A stretch of DNA of 62,843 nucleotides, counting the filler, from Sphacelaria rigidula (Eukaryota), in NCBI GenBank assembly GCA_964200075.2. It is 5 parts of 5 records of this genome, joined end to end, with 100 filler letters (N's around TTAATTAATTAA, not from the genome) between each part and the next. Parts side by side here need not be neighbours in the genome. Positions count along the whole stretch, not along the records: positions 25,182 to 37,669 come from CAXNAA020003707.1; 4 more parts are not named here. The stretch is one strand, 5' to 3'. Under the pieces are notes generated by a model. The model was not told the origin of the DNA, did no database searches, and saw nothing but the letters and a program-made list of their open reading frames with translations. Every line of letters starts with the position of its first letter. The stretch's first letter is position 1. This document shows positions 25,182 to 37,769 of this stretch, piece after piece. The position numbers were made by a program, and so were the translations under genes.

Positions 25182-26252
25182 GGTGCTGGCTGGTGGGGGG
25201 GGGGGGGGGCGCGGGCCGGGGCGGGGGCCGTGGGCGTGGTGCTTGTTGTCCGGGGGGGGTAACTCCTTTCTCTACTGCCCAAAACGATTGCGTACGGCAG
25301 CCGAATTGAAATTGGTGTGACAAACTAGACGCCACCCGAGAGCATCAGGCCCTTGGCTTCAGTGAAGTGTCCACCTTTGCCGATTTTATGCGGGTACGAA
25401 TTCGTTGCTTGATTGTAGTGTACAAACGCTTCTGCAGTGGTGTCTCGTGTTCCTGTTGCGAACGCAACGAGGAGAAAAAAGTCAACAAGAAAAGAGTCAG
25501 CGCTGGAACAGCACCCTACACGTTGAAGGGAAAACTACACCGTTGCGACGAACTGAACGTTCGCCAGCGAACACACGGGTACTGCACTGTATACACATAA
25601 ACGAGAAGCGAAGCATTTGCTTCTACTGCACGCGTTGTGAGATATGGTCGCATCTATGCTCGAGGACACAGATACCATAAGCAGGCGACGTATCGTTGGT
25701 TCACGTAGGACAGGACGTTGTCTACAGAACAGCCTTCAGATGGGAGGGAAATGAAAAAAAAAAACTGGCACAGGCATTGCCGAAGCGCATCCAGATGCTG
25801 CTTTGTTCGTTGGGATTTTGTAGTGCCCTAGCGTTCGACCACGTTCATTTCGACACACCTTACCCTTATTCCACACAGAGGCCTGAGGGGGAACAAGCAC
25901 TGGTGAATGAGTGACACGATGTGACGAAACAAAAGACACCGGTAGATATGGCAATTGAATTGACGAGACAACCTTGGCGGAAATGGAAAGCACACGCAAA
26001 CATGCCGCGAAACACCCCAGGGCCAGCTTGTGCACAAACGACGGGCATATGTACAGTGCTGCATGACACGAGTACTGCGCTGATGATGGTGATGACACCA
26101 TGATGCTCATATATCTTGGAGGGGTCGTCATATGCTGCAGATAGCCTGAAAAGCCCTGCTGTTCTTCCCACTGCAAATGTAGCGCGCACCAAGCACCTCA
26201 TGGCGATATCGTCAAGTGTGAAGTCATGACACCATCGCGCATAACAATGGTC

Positions 26253-29200
26253 TTACGATGCCAATTCCAGCTGGAAGTCGGTGGCCTCGAGCCACTGCAG
26301 CACACGTGTTACTCCCAGAGGCCAATCTGGACCCAGCATTACCTGCGGCGAAAACGAAACCCACGAGAAAGGTGAAAAATTGTGTCTCTGAGTAACGTGA
26401 TGATGGCAGCCTGCTTCTCCCTCTTCATGTTCAACTGTTGGTTTTATGTCAATCAAACGTTGTCGATAAAGTCGTTCCTAGGCTGTAACATTTCCACAAG
26501 CATGCATTTGAAAAAAAGGGGAAAAAACATTCCACCACAACAGCACAATAGCGCAAGAAGGCCAGCGCCTGGTTCGTGCGGTATTCCAAACTACAGCAAC
26601 TTGTACTCCTGGGAGAGGCCTCATACCCGGGCAAAAAATGTGCGAGGGACCAAAGCTTTCTGATGGTGCTCGCCTCTTCACCGCCGAGTGCATGGCGCGG
26701 TGAGGGTAAAGTTAACAAGACGAGCGCTCCCCAACGTTATCTCCGTAGCAACAAGCCTCCTTTCCGACCTCTTTTGTGTACAGGCAAGACAAACGCAAAT
26801 GCCTGACACGTGCCTCTTGTGGCGATTCGACATTTTTTCCGCCAGAAAGTAGGGTAGGAGGATTCCACGACCTCGGAATGACTTTCTCTACTTTCCCAAA
26901 CGACACCAGCGCACTTTGCCGATGTGGTGTACCGCAGTTCAACTTTGGATCGCCAGACGACTTTTTCAAGTAGAAAAAACGAGCCGACGCAAGAAGGAAG
27001 AATTCAGGCGTTCGCACGCAAATGATCAATTCGGCTCAAACTCACACCGTGTGTATAAAAAATGACGAAGTGCACGTATTTCTCTCGGGGTGGAGCGCAT
27101 AATTCCGAGGTGGAGCAATCAGGCTAGTGCTGCCTTCTTCTCCGGCGACTCAACACAGCCGAAGAACCAGCACTTATTCTTAAAAGGGACCATAGGTTGG
27201 GACCACGCGAAGAGCCCTCGTAGCCAAATCTGAGAACCAGTGATATCAAGATCCCGGTATAAACCTGCAATTTCACGACGTTGCTTAGGCTCATTATTCT
27301 CGGAGATCCCTGACTTTTTTCGTGTTTCAGACCCGGTGTTCGCCGTTCTCCGAAAATGAAGCGGCATAATCTTTCTCTGAAGTTTGATGATTGAAGACGT
27401 CTGAACATTTCGGACTGAAATACAACACTTCGCAGAGCTGCCCCGTGTGCACGTCGTGGCGCTCGCAAGCATGCGAGGGTCATCAGTAAACTTCCAGTGA
27501 CACCCTGGGCTAGGTCGGAGAGTAAAAAGCGCCGTGGGTTGGCGGTGTCCTTTTTTTTGGACGGTGTGCTCGTCGGCAGCGGTGGTTGAGCTGTCGGGGT
27601 CCAGCACGGTGGTCGCTGTTCTGGACATGAACACTTTCGAAGTGAAGAGCAGAGACAATCTTGTAGCGGCCTACTTGCCTGCTGTACTGCTACGAGTGTA
27701 CGCTATCGCACCGTCTGTAAAGTCTCTAGCTGGTGGTGTAGTGGGTGTACCTGTGCATACAACAGGCAGAAAGCAAGCATGCTGCAAACGTTGCACTCAG
27801 CTTTCGACTGGCACTGGTAACAGCAAAGATCCAAGGGGGCGAGAGGCCTGGGCGATCCTAAATACACAACACAGCACACAGCGGTCCGCGCAGATACAAC
27901 AGCATAGTACAGTATCGTGGCATCGTTGCCCGTAGCAACAGATGGTGCGATTGTGACCAAGAATGTACTGTACATTATAATGAAGCTACGCGTCAAACGG
28001 CCCTTTCATCCATCTTGAGCATTTCTACAATCAGTATTTTGATATGTGCGTGCTGCTGCTGCATTCCGGGGGGGCCGGTCGACCATGCCCTTGCGTTTCC
28101 GACTGCCCCCCCGTTTCACAGAGAGGCTGCGAGAAATATGTTCACTGTAGTTTTGAACGCCATGCACAGGCGGGCAGCAGCATTCTGTTCTTCATTTTTC
28201 CGGGGAAGACAAGCCAACGATGAGACCAGCACTATCTGTGATGAGATACAGTATCTCACAGCAACGGCAGAACTCGATGAATAGTGGGCTGCTTAGAGCT
28301 CTCGGAATTCTAGGATTTCTCCAAAAACAAAATCTTCGATAATGGGCGTTAGGCAGTGTTTTTCCTTTTCCATAATATGAAGGCGGTGTGTGCCGGAGAA
28401 TATGTACCTTCTAGTAGCTGCTGTCATATTCCGCACTTTCAATTGTCTGAGACAAAGAATGAAGATCATCACGGGAAGAGGTGTGGGCACTTTCAGCATC
28501 AAGAGCTCGCTTCACGAGCGGTGTGCGGAGGTGGAAAAAGCATCATCACGCACTAGACCCGTCACAGCACACATCGCAAGCGATTGCTACTGAGACGCGA
28601 TCCCGTCCCAGTAGTACACGACGAAGTTGTGCAGGATTCTCTACATGCCGGCCCACCCCGCGCGCAAGGATTTCAAATCACGCTTGTATACAGTATCTTC
28701 GTACGATAATGCTTGCTGTCTGTGTGTACCGAGGGGTGGTACGTGGCGTACCACCCCTCGCTCCGCCACATCTTGTACAGCGGTCGGTGTTGCAGCTGAG
28801 CGTGCATTTGCCCTAGGTGGCGCACGCAGGAGTAAAAGGCCGCCTTCGCCGCTATAATGCCTGCCTTTATCTTCGGCGGAGCTGTATGGTAACACAGCCG
28901 ATATGGCGCGTAAGCGGGCTGTAAGACTTCATACCGTGGAGATTTGCAATCTGTCTTGAAGTGAAACTGCGCGCAGTTCGCAATATCTTCCAAGGTTGTG
29001 TTCTGTAAGGTACGGTTTTCTGTATACCCGGGGTATTCTTCCGGGTATGTACCGTACCCGACAGTTCTGTGACTTCTGTAAGACTTTCATACCGGTACCC
29101 GACAGTTCTGTAATATCTGTGAGACTTTCATACCGGTACCCGATAGTTCTGTAAGTTCTGTACAATACATTTACCCGAACCCGAAGGGCGGGTATACCCG

Positions 29201-32200
29201 AAAAGAGTTACCCGATTGCCGGTACTGGTTCTCTGTAAGCCTCCAGTACCGTACCCGACAAGTTCTGCAAACTCTGTAAGACTTTCATACCGGTACCCGA
29301 CAGTTCTGTAAACTCTGTGAGACTTCCAAACCGGTACCCGACAGTTCTGTAAACTCTGTACGGAATCTCATACCCTACAGAACGTACCCGTACCTTACAG
29401 AACACAACCTTGATATCTTCTATATTGTGCACAGTACATTCTTTTAAATTGTATACTGACTGTGGAAAGCTCTTATCCAGGGTGTATTATAATACATTTC
29501 CACATATATTAGGCGGGGAGATAGTGAAATAATCCACAGCGCATGGCCGAAGTGGAAGTGAGGCCATCACCGAAATACTCACGTGCAAAGCGTGTGCGGA
29601 AAAAATCCAAGTTGGCAAGGCTAGAAAAATACCAGTGCAGCGACCACTCGGGCTGCCAGCCTGTTTGCACGGCCGTCCCAGTAGTGGTGAGACTGTCTGT
29701 ACCGGGATGTCGCCCTCAGTACCAGGTACGCCGGCAAGGGCCCGTCGCGCAACCCAATGGTCGCGCGACGGGGGCTTAACCTTCGACTGTCGACTGTTTT
29801 GGAGCGGAAACCTTCACCTCCCAACTCTCACATGGACCTATGTAGCGGACCATAAACGAAGCTTGTTTGCCGGATTTCTTCGAACGTTCATCCATAACTG
29901 GACGAAGATTGATGATGAGGCCAGCAGGATCCGTTGCAGTCAGGGGGCTTAACTGTCAACTGTACCCACTTTAATCGCCATCGGACAACAGGGTGGCGAA
30001 AAAAAAGTGCGACGCACCGTGGATATCCACAGTTTCGATGCAGACCGGGTCATCAGCGACATCTCCTGCTGTAGCTGTGACTGTGACACCTTCCTCAGAT
30101 ACTAATCCCAAGTTTCGGCGTCATCTGACGCGAGGTGCGGATTCTCTCCACGACCAAGCTACCAAAACACCGCCTCCATAATATGGAAAAGGAATAACAC
30201 TGTAGGATGGAGTACGATACTCCACGTATTCAGGATTTTCAGAATATTTTGAGTACCCAGAAAACGAAAATTTCCAACAATTCGTCGTTTGCGAGATATC
30301 AATGCTAAAAAAAGCTGGCGATGGAGAAATTTGACTGAACCAGCTGTCTGGAATATCAGACAGTTGGACACAGCTCGAGGAAGCAACTTGTGTTGAAGCC
30401 AATGGTTATGCAGTTAACATCCAACATTACTGAAATCCTCGTAAACATGTCAAAAGTTGCAGCAGATTCCCCGCCATCCTTCAGCATTACACTTCAGAGA
30501 AAATGTCTCGAAAACTGCCCAAAGCTGCTACAGATCGTGAATCTCGGACAAATGAGCAGGCCTTACTCAACGCCACAGCACTACTTTGTACTGTGGGTAT
30601 TATATGTGTACCTGTACCTTGCTTACGTCCAGCGCCAAGCTGAGTTGTTGAAGGTCCTTGCACCTCAGTACTCGAGTAAAACTCGACAAGGTATAATAGT
30701 GGTAACATCCAGTTTTTGTATGCCGTATGGAACTAGCATGACCATAGATGGCAGTACAACAGGAAGCAGCTCAATGCCCTTCTATTCCCCACGAAACCAG
30801 TCCAATGATACTGGTAGTTGAATGCTAAAACCGCATGTTGACGACAGCTTAGCTGCCATCTCAGCAGCCCAACCAGCAATTGTAAACATTCGTTTCTTAA
30901 GCATGGAGGCAAGAGTTGCAGGACCAACTCTTAATGGCAAATTTACTGTTCATACACCCGACAAACATGTAACGGCTTGTACTGCTCCCTGTTTGAATCG
31001 AGACACCAGTTTGTGCTCCTTACCTCATGGGGCACCGTTGGCAACATGGTATGCGTGGTATCGAGAAACGTGGCCGTTTCTACCGCGCCCTGCTCATCTT
31101 GGCAGCGATCCCGCTCCGCTCCGACGACCAATCTAAGTCCAAGGATTTTTTCGGACAAAAAACAACGAAGAAAGAAACAAGAAATAAGTGCAAATGCCTA
31201 ACGCCACCAAGGATGTGTCAGCAGCAGTTACCAACATTTCTACTAAGCAACGCCACCAGGGGTTCCAGTTTGAGTGCGGCCCTTTGAACGGCGAATCCTA
31301 CATGAGGGTGATCAAAATCGCTGCACTCAACTCAAAGCCGCCGCAGGAATTTCAAATATTGGCACACGCTGGAGGGCTGGCGTGACTGGTATAAGGTTCC
31401 GCATTAATGCGTTACAATTCAGTTAACATTGTTGCAACGCACAAAAGTGAAATCCCTGCTGCACAGGACTGTTCATTTCTACTTGGCCTCGCGCGTCGAG
31501 TTGGAAGGATGGGTGCCACCCCCTGAAGTCCGAATGGCCACCTGCGGCACCGGATCTTCTGAGGTCAGCCATACGTTTTCTTCTTCTTCTTTATTGTTTA
31601 TCCCTGTTTTGCTTGGATCGCGTTTTGTGAGTTTCAATCTACGTTTATATATATATACATATATATATTTTGTTTGATTTCCCCATACCTTATTATAGGT
31701 AGCTAGCCTGTGGCCACGGAAGGCATCAGATGCCTAGTACGAATGTACCGCGCAGATATCGGAACAGTTTTGAATGTGAAGACAACAACAACAAAACAAC
31801 AACAACAACAACAACGATAGGACTGCCACACCGTACAATACCATCACCCTTCTATAACTGCGTGGATTATGACATCTCCTGTTTGGGACTGGCAGCAGCA
31901 CCTTGGTGGAGCGCCCTCGATCCAGTTTGCCTTTCCCTCAGCGTTGGCCATTTCGGACGGAAGATTACCCCGAAGATCTCCCAGATCCAAGCCGTGTCGG
32001 GAGTCTGCTCGGAAGTTCGCCATGTACCTGTCAAAAGCCACGCGTACCAGTATTCGAACTCAACTCCCTGCTCATACTTGAACAAATGCACAGCAATAGG
32101 TACAATCGATGCGTGCCTATAATTGGTCGGAAGCAAAGTACATTGTTCTTCAGCCAACAGTCAAAGTCACTCCAAGTTTGCCCGAGAGAAGTGGTGTAAC

Positions 32201-35200
32201 ACGGCATGCACACTGAATATGCGTCGCAACAGCAGTCAAAACCCCCCGACACAGACCGAAATCTGTTCGAAATACAATAAGGTGCCTCAGTCACGTTTCA
32301 GGAGACGTCGCAAACAGCGGAGGTTCGCCACAACAAATAGAAGGCATCGAAACCAGTCAGAAGCCATGCCGAGTACACAATTGATGTTCATGGTACTGTA
32401 GTCCCCCACCTTGCGATCGCACTATGATCAATGTCCTCGTCAACCAAAAGTAGCTTTGAAACCCTCACACAATACGAAGCCTGTTGCATCGACAGTAGAC
32501 AGGTAGAGATCAACGGTGCACTGCAGAAACACAGAAACACAAGCCATATATGCCCCCACCTCCCTCCCCTCTCTTGCCGTCTACAAAACCAGTGCACATG
32601 CTCGCCTTCCTTACCGACATGAGCCACTAAAATCTTCCAGTATATGGACCTCTAAATGGGACGGTATTAGCAGCAACTTATCGGCAATGCATCGCAAAGC
32701 GTTGCACACTCTGTTGTATCTCTCGCTCGTGCGATAGTGGAGACATTCCACGGGAGAGGGGGGGTCTCTGACAACGTCCGGGAACAGCCTTTCCAACGTC
32801 TTGCTTGAGGCAGTAAAGACTCTCAAAACAATCTTCACATCGAGATACACCGACATGTCGGTAACTTAACCATGCTTTACCCGGCAAGATCGCACCTATT
32901 ACTGCCGCGCCCAGGTAGTCCAACAGGTACAAGTACAGCAACAGTCCTTGGCAACAGTCTTTGGTCAGCTGGGGGGGGGGGAACTTGATTTAAATCTTGA
33001 CAGAAACGGTACTTAGAGTGAAATTTGGTTTCCGTGGTTGAAAGCGTGAAGACGTCATTTACGAAGAAAATGAGCGAGAGTCGACGGCATGCGAAAGTGC
33101 TGATCCAATCCTCGATAATAAAGTAGAAAGGGTGCACTGGGGGAGAAATGGATTGGTCCCTTAAGACTACCCTCTCGTTCTGAGAGAGGGGATGAGGGTG
33201 AGTGGAGTAAAGGTACGTTGCTGTTCACCACACCGATGAACGTCATTTTCTCGAGCAGCGATCGACCTCTTCCCCTGCAGCACCGTACATTACGGCGGGA
33301 TGACTCCGTGATGTTGTCATTTGCACTTCAGTGTGTAAAAGGTCAACGGAGGACGAGAAAGTGCTTACCTTCGCAAGGCGGATTGCTCAAGTGATTGACT
33401 GAAGAAAAGGTCTTTAGCCAGCCAAGGCCAAAAGACAGCCAGCTTCAGCACAAACCCTAGCACTAGCTTCACTACAGCCACCGGCCTCTGCACAGAGGAG
33501 ATGACGAAATGAATCAAACGGGCACAAAACAGAACCGGTTAGAGGTCAAAAACGACCAGATAAAACGCGATGAGAGTCGGAATTCACAGAGACGTTCAAA
33601 CGCAAATGGTATTGTCAAACTGGATACACATCCAAAACGGAAAAATGCGAAGGTGGTGCATTCAAAGATTGACCATGAGGTGATCGAATGAACAGTACGT
33701 GCCTTGCTGGAGACCAACCGGGCGCAGATCGAGAGCGACCAGGAGCGAGTACATCGGAACTAGTCATCTGAAGGCCGCGACTACAAGTTCTGCGGAGACA
33801 AATACTAGCGCAGAAACGAACACCTACAAAAAATTTATTCCGAGTGCGATCAAATTGCATGTGATGTGAATGCACGGCATGCGGGCTCGTGACGCCGCCT
33901 ACCAGTCACACGTTGTTGGTCGCTTCAGAACCCAGGTCGCTAGTTGGACGTCGGTCAGACAAGTTCCATGGTGGGAATTCAGAATGATTTTTCGTGGGTA
34001 GAGACACTGCATGGACAGAAAAGGTCATCGCTATGCATGAAGAAAGTGTCGTCATTCATCTTGGACAACCGGCAGCACATTAGTTGCGCCAATACGACCA
34101 AAACCAGAAGCGGTGGTTGCACCAGCAGTACATGGAGGAATGCATGCAGGACAATATCAATGAACACGGCTGAGCGATGGATGGAGGGGGGAACGTGCAG
34201 TCGCCCCCTCAATCACGGCACAAGGTTGCTGCACGCAAATCGGCTCAATAATACCCCTTGTAGCAGCTCGCCAACCGTCCATATCCAACCTGCATAACAA
34301 CATCTTCCAAACCTCGCGGGACTGCCAACGGAAAATCGGAGCAGTTATCATACGTGGTCAAACGCTCAACTACTCTGGCATCCTGCTACACTGCTATTTT
34401 CAGATTTTCCACAAAACTCACGTCTGTTTCTATCTACATCCATTGCATGCAAGGAGGGACCTGCCACCAAGTTTTACAGTCGTCCAATCCCATTCGTCAA
34501 GTGATTGCTCGCGGTATCTTACGGAAGCCCTCTTGCATACCGTGCACGGGAGCAATCTCCACCCATGTCTTTCACGAAACGTTATGTGATTGTGGTGTAT
34601 GTCATCAAATACCTACATTACACTACACTGGAGTAGCCCGCGCCCACCTCTTTCATGAAGCGTTTCGTCATGGCATCGTTCCCGGAGGGCGGCACCGAGC
34701 ACAAGAACACTCCACCAGCCATCCCCTCCTTCACCAGCGTCCCCTTGGCCTCTGCGGCTCCTTCTCCCCCCCCTTGCCCCTCTACATTTACTGGAGCATC
34801 CGTCGATCGCTCGTTGGCGAGAGCTTCCATTAGTTTCAACAGAACCATCCCACCGAAACTGGGAAAATGGGACACAGAAACCGACCAGCATTGACGTTGT
34901 ATGCAGGAAAAGCCGTTTCAGGCGATGAAAGTTGTGCGGAACACTTGATCGTGCCATCATGCCAGTGAGTCGTAGGCAAGAGCCTCCACGAGCAAGCTTC
35001 AGCAACACGACCTCACCAAAGATATGACAATCCACAACGAAAAATGACACGGTATCCCAGCGGTACATACACAGAGTGAAACGATTGATTCATTGCAGCA
35101 CATTGACTGATCCACTACGAATGCAGCCATGGTCAAAACATGGACGTGGATAATCGACGAATGCCTATAACATCACGGGCTCATATCGCATTAAAGCGTT

Positions 35201-36786
35201 GGCGGTGGTTATGAAATATGCGGTACATAACTCTAGTATTTCGACCACCATAGCAGCCTCACACCTATGCGCGATATATACTGGTCGACGCCCGGGCAAC
35301 ACAGTCTCCGTGAAGCTCCTGACATCTGCCACGTGCTCGGACACCTTGACCTTCCTCTTACGAGATTTTTCGTCCTGCAAATACACAGACACACGCGAAA
35401 TGAAACAACAGATGGCCGTGGAGCTAGCGCTTCATTGGACGACTTGCGGAGCCACGGTTGCTCAAACGTTTGCACGTTAAACATCGCCGGGGTTCGACCC
35501 ATCCTGAAAGGCGCAAGGCAGCGCGAATATATTGCAGGACAACAAGTTGGCAGTACCACACACACCCCTAGCTCTGGCGGGGGCGTTCCTGACGTCCCTC
35601 TTAGGCTGATAGCGAACGTCTCGTAGCCCTTGCTCGCGAGAAACGGCATCCAATGCTCCCCCCAGCACCAGGCAGCATGGAAAGACCCGTGGATGAAGAC
35701 CAATGGCGGTAGCGGTTTACTGCGGGATTCGAAGACGATGTGTCGTGGATTGCGGAGTGAGGGAGCACTATGCGCTGATATGAAGACAGCCCGATGGCGT
35801 CGTAATGGTCTGTGACGTGTGCAAAGCTGAACCGGGATCGTTGGGGTCGTGTGCCGACTTCCATACCCCCGTACTAAAACAAGTGGGAACGATAGGGGTA
35901 TAGTGGGCAGACTCTTGCATGACACAGAGTCACGGTAAGCGGTACGCTATCAGCAGAAAACAGAGAGAAAGTCAGAGAGAATGATCATGCACACGGAACG
36001 ATGGAAGCCTCACCAACTTAAGCGGTCACATGTATTACAAGTGCCAACACAGTGGAAAGCCAGCAATGTTGTCAGGGCGCACGTGACTAGCTGATCCAAC
36101 ACAACAACACCCGAGAGAGTTTTTTCGCAGGTGGCTTCCGCGCAGGTCTCAATCCGGTGTGCCTCGACACATCAAATGCAGGGTATGGGGTGATCGATGC
36201 TGACCTCCGCCTCGCTGCCACGGAAGACGGTGCCTGGGATAAGACCTCCATCGACACACCGGACGGCAGATCCACGTTCTCTTGCTTCAAAGGCCCGACC
36301 TTAACACTGGAGAGTACACAGCACACCAAAACAGATAAACGCAACGCCGAGAATCATGACGGGTACATGGACGAAACGCGACACCCTCGCAGGATGAACA
36401 GCACGGATTTAATACAAGCGACCGCACCGTGTAGATCCCCAGCGCCAACCCTGATTGACCATGACCCAGAAGAGATAATTGGCCAGGGATAGTGAGGTTT
36501 TGAACCAGATAGCTGTAACCCAATGTCATGGCGAGAATCTCCTCACCAGATCTTGCACCAAGCATTCCGTAACAACCCCCGCACGGAAGTGTATGGCGTA
36601 CCTTTTGGGAACCATATCTGCTTCCCTCGCGGTGTTAGTCATAGGTAGAAGACTAGAAGCCGCCCTGCCCTGTCGGTGCCCGTGTATGTTGGCACCGGTG
36701 CACTCACGTGCATCCGCTGCCCCAGATGCTGCCGTCCGAGCTAGCGGAGCGTCCTTCGATACAGGCAGTGCAGGGTACATTGCCAT
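26253..36786 (-). CDS. Alpha/beta-fold hydrolase, 9 exons, ~431 aa (start codon tentative)
   Basis: Exons 36786-36602, 36306-36205, 35809-35566, 35374-35265, 34858-34648, 33487-33369, 32027-31902, 31132-31024 and 26342-26253. All have GT-AG borders and compatible phases (1296 nt). Motifs: LVFIHGSFHAAWCW, AH-S-FGG nucleophile, LVVGAERD acid, PHEVML histidine. Confidence 0.88.
28991..29412. mobile_element. hAT MITE with internal ~39-bp tandem repeats, in the last intron of the hydrolase
   Basis: Perfect 25-bp TIR CAAGGTTGTGTTCTGTAAGGTACGG; 8-bp TSD ATATCTTC (28983-28990, 29413-29420). Confidence 0.95.
29540..31000 (+). pseudogene. Possible heavily decayed hAT transposase inside an intron
   Basis: GTSMTIDGST resembles G.S...DGWT and TACTAPCLN resembles C.AHCLN, in the expected order; many stops. 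Confidence 0.35.
31580..31815 (+). mobile_element. Short LINE/SINE 3' end with (CAA)n tail
   Basis: TAGCCTGTG.CCACG.AAGG..GGAAC.GTTTTGA.TG followed by CAA repeats; matches 20376-20507. Confidence 0.65.
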
Positions 36787-37669
36787 TAGCCTCGAACAAA
36801 GAGAATTTACCGTGCAGGTGAGCGACAACCTTACATGTCTCTAGTTTTTTTTGGCAAAGTCACGCGGATAACTCCGCGGGTCGGTCCACATGGAGTACAA
36901 CACCGGACGTGATCCTTGCTTCCATCGAACATTTTTCAGTACTCATGACAAGGGGCGGGTATTTGGTGAACGACCACTATATGTGATTCCATTTCAACTG
37001 GTATATCATTGTGTACCTCAACTGGTTTCAAATATAGGATACTGACCTGCACACAGTGTATTATACTGCCCGTGGCCGAGACACGTGGTATACTCAAAGG
37101 CGAAATGCCGTGGAGCGGTTTGTACCGCATGACTTCCACTTCAGCTGTAAGTGCTGCCCAGCCACATTTCTTCACCCACTGCGCCCGAGATATCTTGCAA
37201 CTAAGCGCACGCCACCCGCGTACACAAGCAGGCCGTGCTGAGGTCGTTTTGCCTCTTCCAAGCGATGAGTCACGAGGCTGAGTTTACTACACTGTGTTAC
37301 CATGGAACTGCTTGGTTGGTGTGGCTTGTCCGTGCGCAAACACTACCCGCAGTGTTGAAACCGGCTTCGGAACCCTATACCCCACAGTACCGGGACACTC
37401 GCGCACTACGACGCAGTACAGAGGCAGGAACCGCACACGGCAGCGACCGAGATGAGGTGGAGAAAACATCAAACTGCCACAATCTAGTCCCAAAAGGGAA
37501 TAACCAAGACGAGAGCATAATGGGAACAGTTGATGCCTGGCTCGTGCAGTACCTGCAATACAAATTAAGTTGCTAGCGTTTTTCAGTCACCGGTGCGCAG
37601 GTTCTGTAGAGAATCTCTTTGAACAGCACTCCAGACAGTGATCTATTTTGGGATTGGTCTCTGTTCTAT

Positions 37670-37769
37670 NNNNNNNNNNNNNNNNNNNNNNNNNNNNNNN
37701 NNNNNNNNNNNNNTTAATTAATTAANNNNNNNNNNNNNNNNNNNNNNNNNNNNNNNNNNNNNNNNNNNN
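37670..37769. other. Artificial contig linker
   Basis: 100-bp N/TTAATTAATTAA spacer. Confidence 0.98.

Noticed and set aside
29050-29365. Second CRISPR-like ~39-bp array
   Set aside because: These are internal tandem repeats of a TSD-flanked hAT MITE.
33135-33195. Similarity to 52540-52595 (GGGAGA.AT.GATTGGTCCCTT.AGACT) as paralogous coding sequence
   Set aside because: Short and intronic; better explained as a dispersed repeat fragment.
33979-34212. NDDTFF glycosyltransferase-like motif
   Set aside because: Isolated motif inside a hydrolase intron with no supporting exons identified.
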